DNA of 64,000 nucleotides from Sandaracinaceae bacterium (GCA_016712745.1 JADJQN010000001.1:462770-526769); one strand, 5' to 3'. Positions 46,061 to 55,534 are shown, numbered from the stretch's first letter. Numbers and translations are program-made. The notes: generated by a model from the letters alone, not told the origin.

Positions 46061-46447
46061 TTATGGGTCCAGGAACACGTTGGTGACAATCGCTTTTGCG
46101 AGGAGCTCGCCGTTTGATTCGCGCGTGAGGCGCACTTCGACGAGCGCCTGGGTGCGGCCAGCTTTGACGACTTCGGCGATGCCAAGGAGCACGTCGGTCG
46201 GCTTCACGGCACGCAAGTAGTGCGTCGTCATCGTCACCGTGGTGAACGGGCGCAAGCTGCGCAACGAGAACATCGCCGGCCCGACCGTGTCGTCCATCAT
46301 CGCGGCGAGGATTCCGCCTTGGACCGCGCCGTAGGGGTTGGTCATCTCCTCGGTCGGACGGAACCGCACCTCGGCGCGCCCGTCCTTGGCGCTGACGAAC
46401 TCGGCGTGCAGCAATGCATACGTGGGCGGGGGAATACGCGGTGTCAA
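46061..46447 (-). CDS. PaaI-family hotdog-fold thioesterase
   Basis: ...RFRPTEEMTNPYGAVQGGILAAMMDDTVGPA...TVTMTTHYLRAVKP...GIAEVVKAGRTQALVEVRL. Confidence 0.85.
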   Translation of the reverse strand: MTPRIPPPTYALLHAEFVSAKDGRAEVRFRPTEEMTNPYGAVQGGILAAMMDDTVGPAMFSLRSLRPFTTVTMTTHYLRAVKPTDVLLGIAEVVKAGRTQALVEVRLTRESNGELLAKAIVTNVFLDP

Positions 46448-46456
46448 AGGGGCGCT

Positions 46457-47094
46457 CTACAGAATCGTGGCGTGAATGATGGCGTCGAGATTCGGAAAGT
46501 TCGCGTCTAGGTAAGAATTGCCCTGTGCGTAGATCTGCGTCTGATTCGGCGTCTCGCCGTACTCGTAGTTGAGTCCGTCAACGATATCCATGCCGGACAC
46601 GACGTGCGCGAAGGGTGCGAAGCCGGAATCGTCCAGCGCAAGGTTGTTGCCCAGGTTGATAAACAACTGCGCGTTGCGCGAGTTTGGAAGGTCGGTCATC
46701 GCAAACGAGATGTAGCCGCGCGAGTTTGTCTCTACGACCGGGTCGTCCGCGATCGTCCGCGAACGCCAGGTAGTCGACGTCGCAGGATCGCCGTTGATCC
46801 CAAACTGCACGACGAAGCCCGGCACGATTCGAAAGAAGCGGCAGCCGTCGTAGTAGCCGCTTTCAACGAGCTCGCGGAAGCGCGCGGCCCCGAGGGGTGC
46901 CCAACTGGATCGACTTCCACGACGAAGTTGCCTTGCGTAGTCTCGAACTGCACTTGGAACACGTCCGATGCAACAACGCCCGCATCGCTCCCCGACCCTG
47001 GTTCCGCGCCCCCGCACCCAACAGAGATCGCGAAATTTAGCAGAAGCAGGCCGATTTCGGCCGTGCGAGCGAATGCTGTGTGACGTTGGGGCAT
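46457..47094 (-). pseudogene. cyclophilin-type peptidyl-prolyl isomerase lipoprotein; frame broken near 46907 (frameshift or sequencing error)
   Basis: One frame carries the N-terminal part (IGLLLLNFAISVGC/GG lipobox ...FQVQFETTQGNFVVEVD). The cyclophilin core (WAPLGAARFRELVESGYYDGCRFFRIVPGFVVQFGINGDP...ISFAM...NSRNAQLFINL...FAHVVSGMDIVD) is offset by one base. The junction is gtcgatCCagttgg. Confidence 0.85.
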
Positions 47095-48615
47095 GTGCGC
47101 AGTGTCGGCAACGCCGCCGGCGGAGGCAAGCGCAAACGCACGGCATTCGCGGTCATCCTTTTGTCCGCTGCCGGCGGCGTGGTAGGCTGCATCGCACTAG
47201 AAACTTCCGCGGAGGGGGGGGTTCTGAAGAACGAGTCGAACCCGGTCGTCCCTGTCGACCAGAGCCGTTTTGGCAAATATCGAATCCGCTATCGCATGGC
47301 GCGCGGCGGAATGGCATCGATCTATCTCGCACAAGAAGTTCTGCCCGACGGCGAAGAGAAGTGGGTGGCGCTCAAGCTGATTCACGAACATCTCGCCGAG
47401 GACCGTCGCTTCGTCACGATGTTCTTCGACGAAGTTCGCGTGTCTGAGCGCATCGACAATCCGAACGTGTGCAAGGTCATCGACTTCGGCGAAGAGAACG
47501 GCAAGTCCTATCTCGCGATGGAATACATGCACGGTGAAACGCTTACGCGCGTTTTCAAACGTGCGATGTCAGGGAGCGTGTTGCCCGCCGAAGTTGCGGT
47601 TCGCGTGATCATCGATGCAGCCCGCGGTCTGCACGCAGCGCACGAGCTGCGCGGCGACGACGGCATGCCGCTTAACGTTGTGCATCGCGATATCTCGCCC
47701 GCCAACATCATGGTGCTCTATGACGGCACCACCAAGGTCCTCGACTTCGGCGTGGCCCGCGCGCGCGGACGTCTGACTGAGACGGTCGCCGGCGAGCTCA
47801 AGGGCAAAGTTCCGTACATGCCGCCCGAGCAGGTGCGAGGGCAAGCGGTGGATCGACGCGCAGATATTTGGTCGCTCGGCGTGGTGCTCTGGGAGGCGCT
47901 CACGAGTCGCTCGCTTTTCCAAGCGGACAATGAGCCCAGCACGATGCTCGAGGTCGTTGAAGGCAAGCTAGTTCCGCCATCTGAAATCAAGGCGAGTGTG
48001 CCAAAGGAGCTCGACGCGATTGTGATGTCGGCGCTCGTTCGCAAGATTGACGACCGCGTAGACACGGCGGAACAGTTCGCGAGCAAGCTCGAAGAATGGT
48101 TGAAGACGACTGCTAATCCGGCAACCACCGCCGACGTAGCGGCGTGGATGAACGAGCACTTCGCAGACAAAAAAGCCGCGCGCGAAGCATTGCTCCGGGC
48201 GGAGCCGAAGCCCGAAGCGGAAGACATTCCGGAAATCGACGTCGTGAGTGTGAGCGTCGTGGGCGAAAAAAACGTCGCAAATGACGAGGTCGTCACAGAC
48301 CGCGACTCTAGCAAGAGCGGAACCAATCCGCTCAACGCGGACGCACGTGCGAGGGACGCAAGCAGGCCGGTTCCCCTCTCCAAGCCCAGCACGCCCGGCA
48401 TTGCAGGCAAGACTGCGCAGGCCGACGTCACGCCCCCACCCAAGACTTTTCCTCAGCCGCTTGTAAACGCGAACACAGACGGCGACTCGTTCCCACGCGA
48501 CTCGGGCCCGCCGACGAAGTTTCGAAAAGCGCAAGAGCGGCGCGCGTGGATCGTCTTGGGCGTGGCTCTCGTCGTATGCCTCGTCGCAGCTATTTGGGTG
48601 GTCGCCAATCGCTGA
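47080..48615 (+). CDS. Ser/Thr protein kinase with a C-terminal membrane anchor (start uncertain)
   Basis: FGKYRIRYRMARGGMASIYLA...VALKLI...VVHRDISPANIMV...VLDFGVARA...YMPPEQ...DIWSLGVVLWE. C-terminal helix AWIVLGVALVVCLVAAIWVV. A start at 47080 overlaps the divergent PPIase start by 15 nt; alternatives such as the GTG at 47179 exist. Confidence 0.85.
   Translation: MTLGHVRSVGNAAGGGKRKRTAFAVILLSAAGGVVGCIALETSAEGGVLKNESNPVVPVDQSRFGKYRIRYRMARGGMASIYLAQEVLPDGEEKWVALKLIHEHLAEDRRFVTMFFDEVRVSERIDNPNVCKVIDFGEENGKSYLAMEYMHGETLTRVFKRAMSGSVLPAEVAVRVIIDAARGLHAAHELRGDDGMPLNVVHRDISPANIMVLYDGTTKVLDFGVARARGRLTETVAGELKGKVPYMPPEQVRGQAVDRRADIWSLGVVLWEALTSRSLFQADNEPSTMLEVVEGKLVPPSEIKASVPKELDAIVMSALVRKIDDRVDTAEQFASKLEEWLKTTANPATTADVAAWMNEHFADKKAAREALLRAEPKPEAEDIPEIDVVSVSVVGEKNVANDEVVTDRDSSKSGTNPLNADARARDASRPVPLSKPSTPGIAGKTAQADVTPPPKTFPQPLVNANTDGDSFPRDSGPPTKFRKAQERRAWIVLGVALVVCLVAAIWVVANR
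47214..47221. repeat. G8 homopolymer tract
   Basis: gcggaGGGGGGGGttctg. It lies in the divergent region or 5' end of the kinase ORF, upstream of the kinase domain. Confidence 0.9.
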
Positions 48616-48624
48616 GCTCATTCG

Positions 48625-49215
48625 ATGATCATCGCCATCGGAGTTCTATCCGCGGTCGGTCTGGCTGTGGTGGTCTTCGCCATCGCGCACGCCTACGGCC
48701 GTCGTCATGACGACGAGCGCGAACGCGAGATTTGGCAAGCGATGGCGCAAAGCCAAGGGATGGAGCTGCGCCAGGAGAAGAGTCACCTCAGTCTACATGG
48801 AACGATCGGCCCGTTATCCTTCGTCGTCGATCGCGACACGTTCCTAACCTACGGGCTCGACGCGATGCTCGGGCTCCGAGCGACTCTGCCGCGTCCGCCG
48901 CAGGGCCAGGTGGTGGTTTGGTATGCGCCCGATCTCGCGACGCCCCAGACAGTTTGGCCTAGTTTGGTTGAAGCAGATCCCGGCGCAGAATGGTTCGCGC
49001 GCAAGTTCCGGGTCTACGCAAGCGAGCCCGCGATCGCAGACAAACTCCTGTCGGGCGAAGTTCGTGAGCGCTTGGGCTCGCTAGCGGGCGGTGCTCTTAT
49101 CGTTTCACCCGACGAGGTGCTCGTGCTGTTTAGTCATCTCGACGCGCCGAGCATCAAGGGCGCGGCCCAGGTCGTTGCCGCGTTGCGCGACGCCCAGATC
49201 CTGGGTGGGCGTTGA
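48625..49215 (+). CDS. hypothetical N-terminally anchored membrane protein
   Basis: MIIAIGVLSAVGLAVVVFAIAHA... It starts 9 nt after the kinase gene. No family recognised. Confidence 0.55.
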   Translation: MIIAIGVLSAVGLAVVVFAIAHAYGRRHDDEREREIWQAMAQSQGMELRQEKSHLSLHGTIGPLSFVVDRDTFLTYGLDAMLGLRATLPRPPQGQVVVWYAPDLATPQTVWPSLVEADPGAEWFARKFRVYASEPAIADKLLSGEVRERLGSLAGGALIVSPDEVLVLFSHLDAPSIKGAAQVVAALRDAQILGGR

Positions 49216-49295
49216 GCGGCATTTTCCGCGTTTGCGCCGACAGCGCCTCTTCCGCACGATAGAGTCTCGACACAGCCCGCAATCGGCGCTAAAGG

Positions 49296-50282
49296 ATGGC
49301 CCGTTCTACTGGGCTCAACGAGCTGTTATTACAGGCTTTGCGTATGCTTCGATTCCGCGCCGACCTTAAAACCATAGCCTTCGTCGCCATTTATTTTGGC
49401 CTCGTCGCGTATCAGTGGATCTGGGCTCCGAGCACTCTGTGGCTCGCGGTTCCGTTGTTCGTGCTCACGTGCTGGTTCTCGTTCTTTGGGGCGGTCGCGA
49501 CGCACAACACCGTGCATTCGCCCATCTGGAAGAACCGAACGATGAACCGCATCTCGCAACTCGTACTGACGCTCACGTACGGACATCCTGTGAGCGCGTT
49601 CGTGCCCGGACACAATTTGAGCCACCACAAGCATACGCAATCAAGTCGCGATGTGATGCGCACTTACAAGACGCGCCATCGTTGGCACTTCTTGAACGGG
49701 TTGCTCTTCATGGTTCACGTTGGCGGAGATATTACGAAAGCTGACTTCCGCTACGGCAAAGCGATGCGCACACGCAACCCAGCCTGGTTCCGCCAGCTCT
49801 GTATCGAGTGGGGCGTCTACCTGGGCGTCACAATCGTCCTGCTCGCGCTCGATTGGCGCAAGTTCCTTCTCTATTTCCTGATCCCCCATCAGTACGCGGC
49901 GTGGGGCATCATCACGATGAACCTTCTGCAGCACGACGGTTGCGACGAGAACAGCGAGTACAATCACTCACGCAATTTCGTAGGCAAGGTCGTGAATTTT
50001 TGGACGTACAACAACGGCTTTCACACGATTCATCACGAAGAGCCCGGCCTGCACTGGAGCCTTCTTCCCGCAGCGCACGCGGCTCGCATCGCGCCGCACA
50101 TTCACGAAAACCTTGATCAGCAAAACATCCTTGTTTATCTGTGGAAGACATTCTTCTGGCCAGGCAAGCGCATGCGCTACGACGGCTCCGAGTTTATCTT
50201 GCCACCCGTCGCTGCGGACGAAGAGTGGATTCCCGCACCGAGCGAGACGCCCACGGATGTTTCTTTGGGCGCGGTGAGCTGA
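49296..50282 (+). CDS. membrane fatty-acid desaturase family protein
   Basis: Three His boxes: HNTVHSP, GHNLSHHKH, HTIHHEEP. There are hydrophobic helices between boxes. Substrate unknown. Confidence 0.8.
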   Translation: MARSTGLNELLLQALRMLRFRADLKTIAFVAIYFGLVAYQWIWAPSTLWLAVPLFVLTCWFSFFGAVATHNTVHSPIWKNRTMNRISQLVLTLTYGHPVSAFVPGHNLSHHKHTQSSRDVMRTYKTRHRWHFLNGLLFMVHVGGDITKADFRYGKAMRTRNPAWFRQLCIEWGVYLGVTIVLLALDWRKFLLYFLIPHQYAAWGIITMNLLQHDGCDENSEYNHSRNFVGKVVNFWTYNNGFHTIHHEEPGLHWSLLPAAHAARIAPHIHENLDQQNILVYLWKTFFWPGKRMRYDGSEFILPPVAADEEWIPAPSETPTDVSLGAVS

Positions 50283-50287
50283 GATCG

Positions 50288-50971
50288 CTACGAAGCGAGC
50301 TTCGCTCGAACGATACTTTCCATCTGTGATACCGCGGCTTCTAGGTCGATCTCACTGGTGTCGACGTGAATCGCGTCAGACGCGGGCTTGAGCGGCGCAA
50401 CCGGTCGCTGCGAGTCCTGCAAATCGCGCGCAGCGACTTCGGCGACAGTTTGATCGCGGTCGGCGAGCACTCCGCGCGCCCGCAGCTCGTGCCATCGACG
50501 TTCGCCGCGCACCTTTTCCGACGCGGTGAGGAAGATCTTTACTTCGGCATCCGGGAAAACCACCGTGCCGATGTCGCGCCCCTCAAGGACGACTCCCCCG
50601 TCTTCGCCGAGCTTGCGCTGCAATCCGAGCAGCGCGTCACGCACCTCAGCATGCTTGGAGACATCGCTCGCGCCTTTCGAGATTTCCGGTGTGCGAATGT
50701 CAGCGGATCGATCAATGTCATTGATCATCAGCTTGGGTGGCCCGTCCGCGTTTGGCGCGAAGCGAAGCGGCAGGTTGCGTGTCAGCTCGCCGAGTCGCGG
50801 GCCGTCATCGAACGAGATACCGGCTTCGGCCGCCGCGAGAGCGACGCCTCGGTATAGCGCGCCGGTGTCGACGAGCACATAGCCGAGGCGGTTGGCGAGA
50901 CGACCCGCGCACGTGCTCTTGCCTGCGCCTGCGGGACCATCGATGGCGACAACCGGACGCGACCTTTTCAT
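50288..50971 (-). CDS. cmk: cytidylate kinase
   Basis: VVAIDGPAGAGKSTCAGRLANRLGYVLVDTGALYRGVALAA...GRDIGTVVFPDA. ATGA overlap with aroA. Confidence 0.95.
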   Translation of the reverse strand: MKRSRPVVAIDGPAGAGKSTCAGRLANRLGYVLVDTGALYRGVALAAAEAGISFDDGPRLGELTRNLPLRFAPNADGPPKLMINDIDRSADIRTPEISKGASDVSKHAEVRDALLGLQRKLGEDGGVVLEGRDIGTVVFPDAEVKIFLTASEKVRGERRWHELRARGVLADRDQTVAEVAARDLQDSQRPVAPLKPASDAIHVDTSEIDLEAAVSQMESIVRAKLAS

Positions 50972-52317
50972 ACGTTTACCTCTTCTTCCACGATGTCAGC
51001 CCCCAAAGAACGTAACACGCGCGCAAATCCTGGAAAGCTCGTCTGCACGCACTCAACGTTGCGAACGATAGTTTCGCCGTCCGCGCGCAGGCCAATGCAC
51101 GCAGCAGCCATGGCGATGCGGTGGTCGCCCTGGCAGTCGACTGTCGCCGCGCGTAGGCGGTCGGTCCCCTCAAGCCAGAGCCCGTCTTCGAACTCGCCGC
51201 ACGTAACGCCAAAAGCGCGAAGCATCAGAATCGTAGATGCAATTCGATCGCTCTCTTTAACCCGCAGCTCTTCGGCGTCGCGAATCTCCGTTTTTCCCGG
51301 AGCCGATAGCGCAAGCGCCGCGTACGCAGGCACATCGTCGATCATACGCGTCGTTAGCTCGCCCCCGACTCGGCCCCGCGCGATGGTCGCCTGCTCGATG
51401 TGGATCCTAGCGGTCGGTTCGTCGGCGACCGTCTCGTCGCCAGGGACGACGTTCACCTGGGCCCGCATGCTACGAAGCGCGTCGAGCATGCCTGTGCGAG
51501 TGGGATTGACGCCGACGTTGACTACTTCGACCACGCTCTTGGGCACGAGCTGTGCTGCAGCGATGAGAAAGGCGGCCGCCGAGAGATCACCGGGCATCGT
51601 CCATCGAAAGGCATCCCATCCCCCGCGCCACTCCACAGGATCGAGCACGACCATCGACGCCATGCGCTCGATGGGCACTCCGAGTGCTGCGAGCATCCGT
51701 TCCGTGTGATCACGGGAGAGCGTAGGCTCGCGCAGAGCGGTAAGACCGTTTGCGTAGAGGCCCGATAGAAGCAGCGCGCTCTTCACTTGGGCGCTCGCGA
51801 CTGGCATCTCGTACTCGATTCCGAGTAGCGACTCGCCTTTGACGAGCGGCGCAACCGAAAGCGGTGGAAAAAGCTCGGTCGATTCGCTGCGCACCGTTCC
51901 CATGATGTGAGCGCCGCGAGCCCGCAGCGGATCGACAATCCGCTTCATGGGACGCCGCGAAAGCGATGCATCGCCCACCAGACGCGTCCCAAAGTGTTGC
52001 GCGCACAGAAGTCCGGCGATCAACCGCATCGTTGTGCCGGAATTTCCACAATCGATGTGCCCGTTGGGCAGCTGAAGGCCGCGCAACCCTACCCCCTGCA
52101 CACGCGTGCTTTCATCTTGCTCACGGATAACGACGCCCATCGCCATCAGCGCATGTTGCGTTGCCCGCACGTCGCCACTCAGCGTGAGCTCGTCAAGGAC
52201 GCACTCCCCCTCAGCGAGCGCGGCCAGAATGAGTGCGCGGTGCCCGATGGACTTGTCTGAAGCGACGCGCGCCGTGCCGGAGAGGCGCTGCGAAGTTCGA
52301 ACGCGATACTGTTTCAC
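50968..52317 (-). CDS. aroA: 3-phosphoshikimate 1-carboxyvinyltransferase (EPSP synthase)
   Basis: ...ASDKSIGHRALILAALAEGE...GNSGTTMRLIAGLL...LVGDASLSRRPM...DHRIAMAAA. Confidence 0.95.
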   Translation of the reverse strand: MKQYRVRTSQRLSGTARVASDKSIGHRALILAALAEGECVLDELTLSGDVRATQHALMAMGVVIREQDESTRVQGVGLRGLQLPNGHIDCGNSGTTMRLIAGLLCAQHFGTRLVGDASLSRRPMKRIVDPLRARGAHIMGTVRSESTELFPPLSVAPLVKGESLLGIEYEMPVASAQVKSALLLSGLYANGLTALREPTLSRDHTERMLAALGVPIERMASMVVLDPVEWRGGWDAFRWTMPGDLSAAAFLIAAAQLVPKSVVEVVNVGVNPTRTGMLDALRSMRAQVNVVPGDETVADEPTARIHIEQATIARGRVGGELTTRMIDDVPAYAALALSAPGKTEIRDAEELRVKESDRIASTILMLRAFGVTCGEFEDGLWLEGTDRLRAATVDCQGDHRIAMAAACIGLRADGETIVRNVECVQTSFPGFARVLRSLGADIVEEEVNV

Positions 52318-52336
52318 AAGCCGACGTTCACGACGC

Positions 52337-53347
52337 TCAGTCGCCCAGAATCAGGCTTGCACGCGTCAAAAGAGAGTCGGCCTCGGCGGCGGTGAGCGTA
52401 ACTTGGATCGATACGCGCGACGCGTTCGCTGTGATGGTCACTCGATTGAGGATGGGCGTCAGACCCATGAGCGACATTGCGATGTTGGATGCGTAGCCGC
52501 GAACTAAACTCTGAAAGCCGGTCGCCAGGAGCGCGGCGGCAGCCGGTGAGCTCGCGTCGATGAAGCCGTTCGCGTGCAGGTCTTGGCCTACGTCAACGCG
52601 CGCACTGAACGCGCGCGCTTCCGCGAGGGCGTGGGCGGTCGCCTCGTCGAAGCGAAGCTCGTCTGACCCCACCACGAAGAGGGCTAGGCGCACCGGCCCG
52701 GGTGGTATGAGCTGCGCGGTGAGCGCTGCTTGCTCACCGTTGAGCGCGTCGCGAACGTCACGCATCGGCGCGTTGGTCCACACAGACGCAAAATCGCCTG
52801 CCTTCAAGCGCTGAAGCTCAGCGTCAATACGGTCGTCACCGACGAAGAACGCGGTGCGTGAATCAAGCACCGCAGCGCCGTAGTCCCGCGCGGAATTCAC
52901 CGTTGATCGAAAGCCAAAGCGCTCCGTGACGGGGGTGTCGCCCAGGGCAACCACAGGTGAATCCATTCGAACAATCGCCAAGGCTTCGTCGTGCCTGTTC
53001 GCCTCATCGAAGCTACCGCCCAAGGCGAATTCATGCCCGTGCTGCGAGATTGCGGACCACTGCGCGTCGTCGAACGCTTGATCACGCCTTCGCAGCGTAT
53101 CCAAGATGGACAGCGCGCGCGGCCATGCACTCCAGCCCCGCAATGAATCGATATTCAGACGCGCGACCAGCACCGTGTTCGCGGGAAATACCGCGGTGAT
53201 GTCAGACTCCCACACGTTCGGAGCCGAAGCCGCTGGCGCTGCCGTGGTCGAGGCGCCCTCGGCGCTCGCCGAAGCGCCGCCGCAACTAGAGAGGATGAGG
53301 CCGAGCCACAGAGTCGTCGCGCCATAGATAGTCGTTCGCATCGTCAC
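52337..53347 (-). CDS. hypothetical lipoprotein
   Basis: MTMRTTIYGATTLWLGLILSSC/GG lipobox. 336 aa, no family recognised. It lies 1 nt after hisC and 19 nt before aroA. Confidence 0.65.
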   Translation of the reverse strand: MTMRTTIYGATTLWLGLILSSCGGASASAEGASTTAAPAASAPNVWESDITAVFPANTVLVARLNIDSLRGWSAWPRALSILDTLRRRDQAFDDAQWSAISQHGHEFALGGSFDEANRHDEALAIVRMDSPVVALGDTPVTERFGFRSTVNSARDYGAAVLDSRTAFFVGDDRIDAELQRLKAGDFASVWTNAPMRDVRDALNGEQAALTAQLIPPGPVRLALFVVGSDELRFDEATAHALAEARAFSARVDVGQDLHANGFIDASSPAAAALLATGFQSLVRGYASNIAMSLMGLTPILNRVTITANASRVSIQVTLTAAEADSLLTRASLILGD

Positions 53348-53348
53348 T

Positions 53349-54440
53349 TCAAGCTCCTAGTGTCTGCTGCACGGCTGCGATGAGCCGATCATTCTCTTCG
53401 GGCAAGCCAATGGTGATTCGCTGCCACGTATCGATTGGCGCCGGCATTGGCCGGATGATCACACCCAGGCGAAGCATACTGTCGTAAACCTCTTTGCCGG
53501 GTTTGGCGAAGTTGACGAGGACAAAGTTGGCCTGGCTCGGGCCGACTTTCAGGCCCAGTTTCGTCAGTGCATTGGTTACTCGCGCGCGCTCGGTTCGATT
53601 CAGCTTCACGTAGTTGCTCACGTGTTCGTGATCGGAAAGAGCGGCAATGGCAGCAACTTGCGCGAGCGCATTGCAGTTGAACGGCGCGCGAACGCGATTG
53701 AGATAGTCGATAACGGCGCGCGGTCCAATGCCGTAACCAACGCGAATCGCAGCCAGACCGTAGGCCTTCGAGAACGTACGCAGCACCAAGAGTCGCTCGC
53801 GCAGGTTGCGCATGGTGAGTGCGCTCACAAAATCCGGAGCGTCAGCGAACTCGACATAAGCCTCGTCCATGACGAGCACCACGCGCTCGGGCAACTCTTT
53901 CATCAAGCGCTCCAGATCCTTCTTGGCTACGTGAGCGCCGGTCGGATTGTTTGGATGAGCGACGAAAAGAATGCTCGTCTCGGGGCGGACGGCGGCGAGC
54001 AATGCGGTAACGTCCCACGCGAGGTGGTCGCGCAGGGGAACCTCGGTGTACGGAACGTTCGCCGCGATGAGCCCAAGCTTGTAGTAAACGAACGAAGGCA
54101 CACCGATGACGGCGTGGTTGGTCGCGTCCGCAAACGTGCGGCAGAGATTGTCGATGATCTCGTTGGAGCCGTTGCCAACGATAATCTCGTCCATCGCGAT
54201 GTCGTGATGCGCTGCAAGTCTTTCGCGCAGCCGAAACGCCGCAGCATCGGGGTAGCGGTGCGTTTCCGGAAGGTGCTTGGCGATGGCCTCGAGCGCGCGC
54301 GGCGACGGTCCCATGGGGTTCTCGTTCGACGCGAGCTTGAGAGCGTTCTTGATTCCGAGCTCGCGCTCCAACTCTTCGACGGGCTTACCAGGGACGTAGG
54401 GGACAAGACGTTCAATGTACGGAGGAACGAGTCGACTCAT
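53349..54440 (-). CDS. hisC: histidinol-phosphate (aromatic) aminotransferase
   Basis: YVPGKP...LKLASNENPMGPSP...YPD...LFVAHPNNPTG...DEAYVEF...RTFSKAYGLAAIRVGY (PLP Lys). The ATG at 54440 forms an ATGA overlap with pheA. Confidence 0.93.
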   Translation of the reverse strand: MSRLVPPYIERLVPYVPGKPVEELERELGIKNALKLASNENPMGPSPRALEAIAKHLPETHRYPDAAAFRLRERLAAHHDIAMDEIIVGNGSNEIIDNLCRTFADATNHAVIGVPSFVYYKLGLIAANVPYTEVPLRDHLAWDVTALLAAVRPETSILFVAHPNNPTGAHVAKKDLERLMKELPERVVLVMDEAYVEFADAPDFVSALTMRNLRERLLVLRTFSKAYGLAAIRVGYGIGPRAVIDYLNRVRAPFNCNALAQVAAIAALSDHEHVSNYVKLNRTERARVTNALTKLGLKVGPSQANFVLVNFAKPGKEVYDSMLRLGVIIRPMPAPIDTWQRITIGLPEENDRLIAAVQQTLGA

Positions 54441-55534
54441 TTGCTTGGGCCCTCCTGAGGCGGCCGCGGATAGCTTCCTAAAATTTTGCTCCAACGAGCG
54501 GCGTCGCGCAGGTCGGCGATTGCGGTGAGCACCGTGCGATCAGTTACGTGACCGTCGAGCTCGATAAAGAAGAGATAGCGCCACGTTTCCCCGTGTGCCG
54601 GGCGCGACTCGAGACGTGTCAGATTCACGCCGCGATCGGCAAAGGGCCTCAGCGCCTTGTACAGGGCGCCTGGAGAATCGTTCACCGCGACAGCAAGGAT
54701 TGTGCGATCGGTGCCGGTGCGGCGGGGCAACTCGGTGCCCACTATCGCATAACGGACGTGCACGCCGCTGCGGTCTTGGATGTCCTGAAGCACGACCTTG
54801 AAGTTGTGCGTCGCCACCATGAGCTCTGTCGAAATAGCCGCCGCTCCGTGATCGTCCGACGCGAACTGCGCTGCGATTGCACCCGAAGGAACGTCGAGCA
54901 CAGACGCTTTGGGAAATGCTTTTCGCAGTGTTCGGTCGCATGCGGCGTGTGCCGCCGGCGCGCCATAAATCTTCTCGATATCGGAAGCGTTCCCTGTGCG
55001 CGACACGAGGTGATAAGCGGAGGGGATCGTGATCTCCGCGCAAATTTTGGCATCACTATGCGCAAGCGCGTCGAGGGTCGCTGTGACCGCGCCGTCGGTC
55101 GAAGTTTCGAGAGGCACCACTCCGAAAGAAATTTCTCCACGGGCTATTTCTGCGACTAGCGCCGGGGCGGTGTCGAACGACTGAAAGTCTGCAGACGAGC
55201 CGAAATGGCGCGATGCGGCCAGATGCGGCAGCCCCCCGGCCGCGCCGATGAAGCCGACTCGAACCGGACGAATGAGTGCATCGCAAGCGGAGAGAATTTC
55301 GCGCATCACCGGCTCGAGCGATGGGCGAGGAAAGTCTACGACGGCATCTTTAACGCGCGCCATCACCTCGGCGAGGTTGGGCGTCGTATAGAAATTATCG
55401 GGATCCTGTTCCCGCAACGACAGGAACTCTTTGACCACTCGGGCGCGCAGATCCAGCGCCTGCACAAGCGCGTCATCCGCCTTGTCGAGCGCGGCCCGAA
55501 TTTCTGCCCATTGGCCTTTGGGGTCGCTTCCCAT
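54437..55534 (-). CDS. pheA: bifunctional chorismate mutase / prephenate dehydratase (P-protein)
   Basis: CM: IRAALDKADDALVQALDLRARVVKEF. PDT: VGFIGAAGGLPHLAASRHFG...GVVPLETSTDGAV. ACT: TILAVAVNDSPGALYKALRPFADRGVNLTRLESRP. Confidence 0.92.
   Translation of the reverse strand: MGSDPKGQWAEIRAALDKADDALVQALDLRARVVKEFLSLREQDPDNFYTTPNLAEVMARVKDAVVDFPRPSLEPVMREILSACDALIRPVRVGFIGAAGGLPHLAASRHFGSSADFQSFDTAPALVAEIARGEISFGVVPLETSTDGAVTATLDALAHSDAKICAEITIPSAYHLVSRTGNASDIEKIYGAPAAHAACDRTLRKAFPKASVLDVPSGAIAAQFASDDHGAAAISTELMVATHNFKVVLQDIQDRSGVHVRYAIVGTELPRRTGTDRTILAVAVNDSPGALYKALRPFADRGVNLTRLESRPAHGETWRYLFFIELDGHVTDRTVLTAIADLRDAARWSKILGSYPRPPQEGPSK

Noticed and set aside
45917-46117. 66-aa ORF containing a repeated 17-aa peptide (VLEKIGPLPRERVPAVS x2).
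   Set aside because: The peptide repeat is simply the translation of the 2 x 51 bp DNA duplication. The ORF spans a convergent intergenic region and runs antisense into the thioesterase gene's 3' end. It has no RBS or family support.
38781-50287. Genomic island or mobile element between rpsA and cmk.
   Set aside because: There is no integrase, transposase, tRNA target, flanking direct repeat or obvious compositional shift. I kept it only as a synteny observation.
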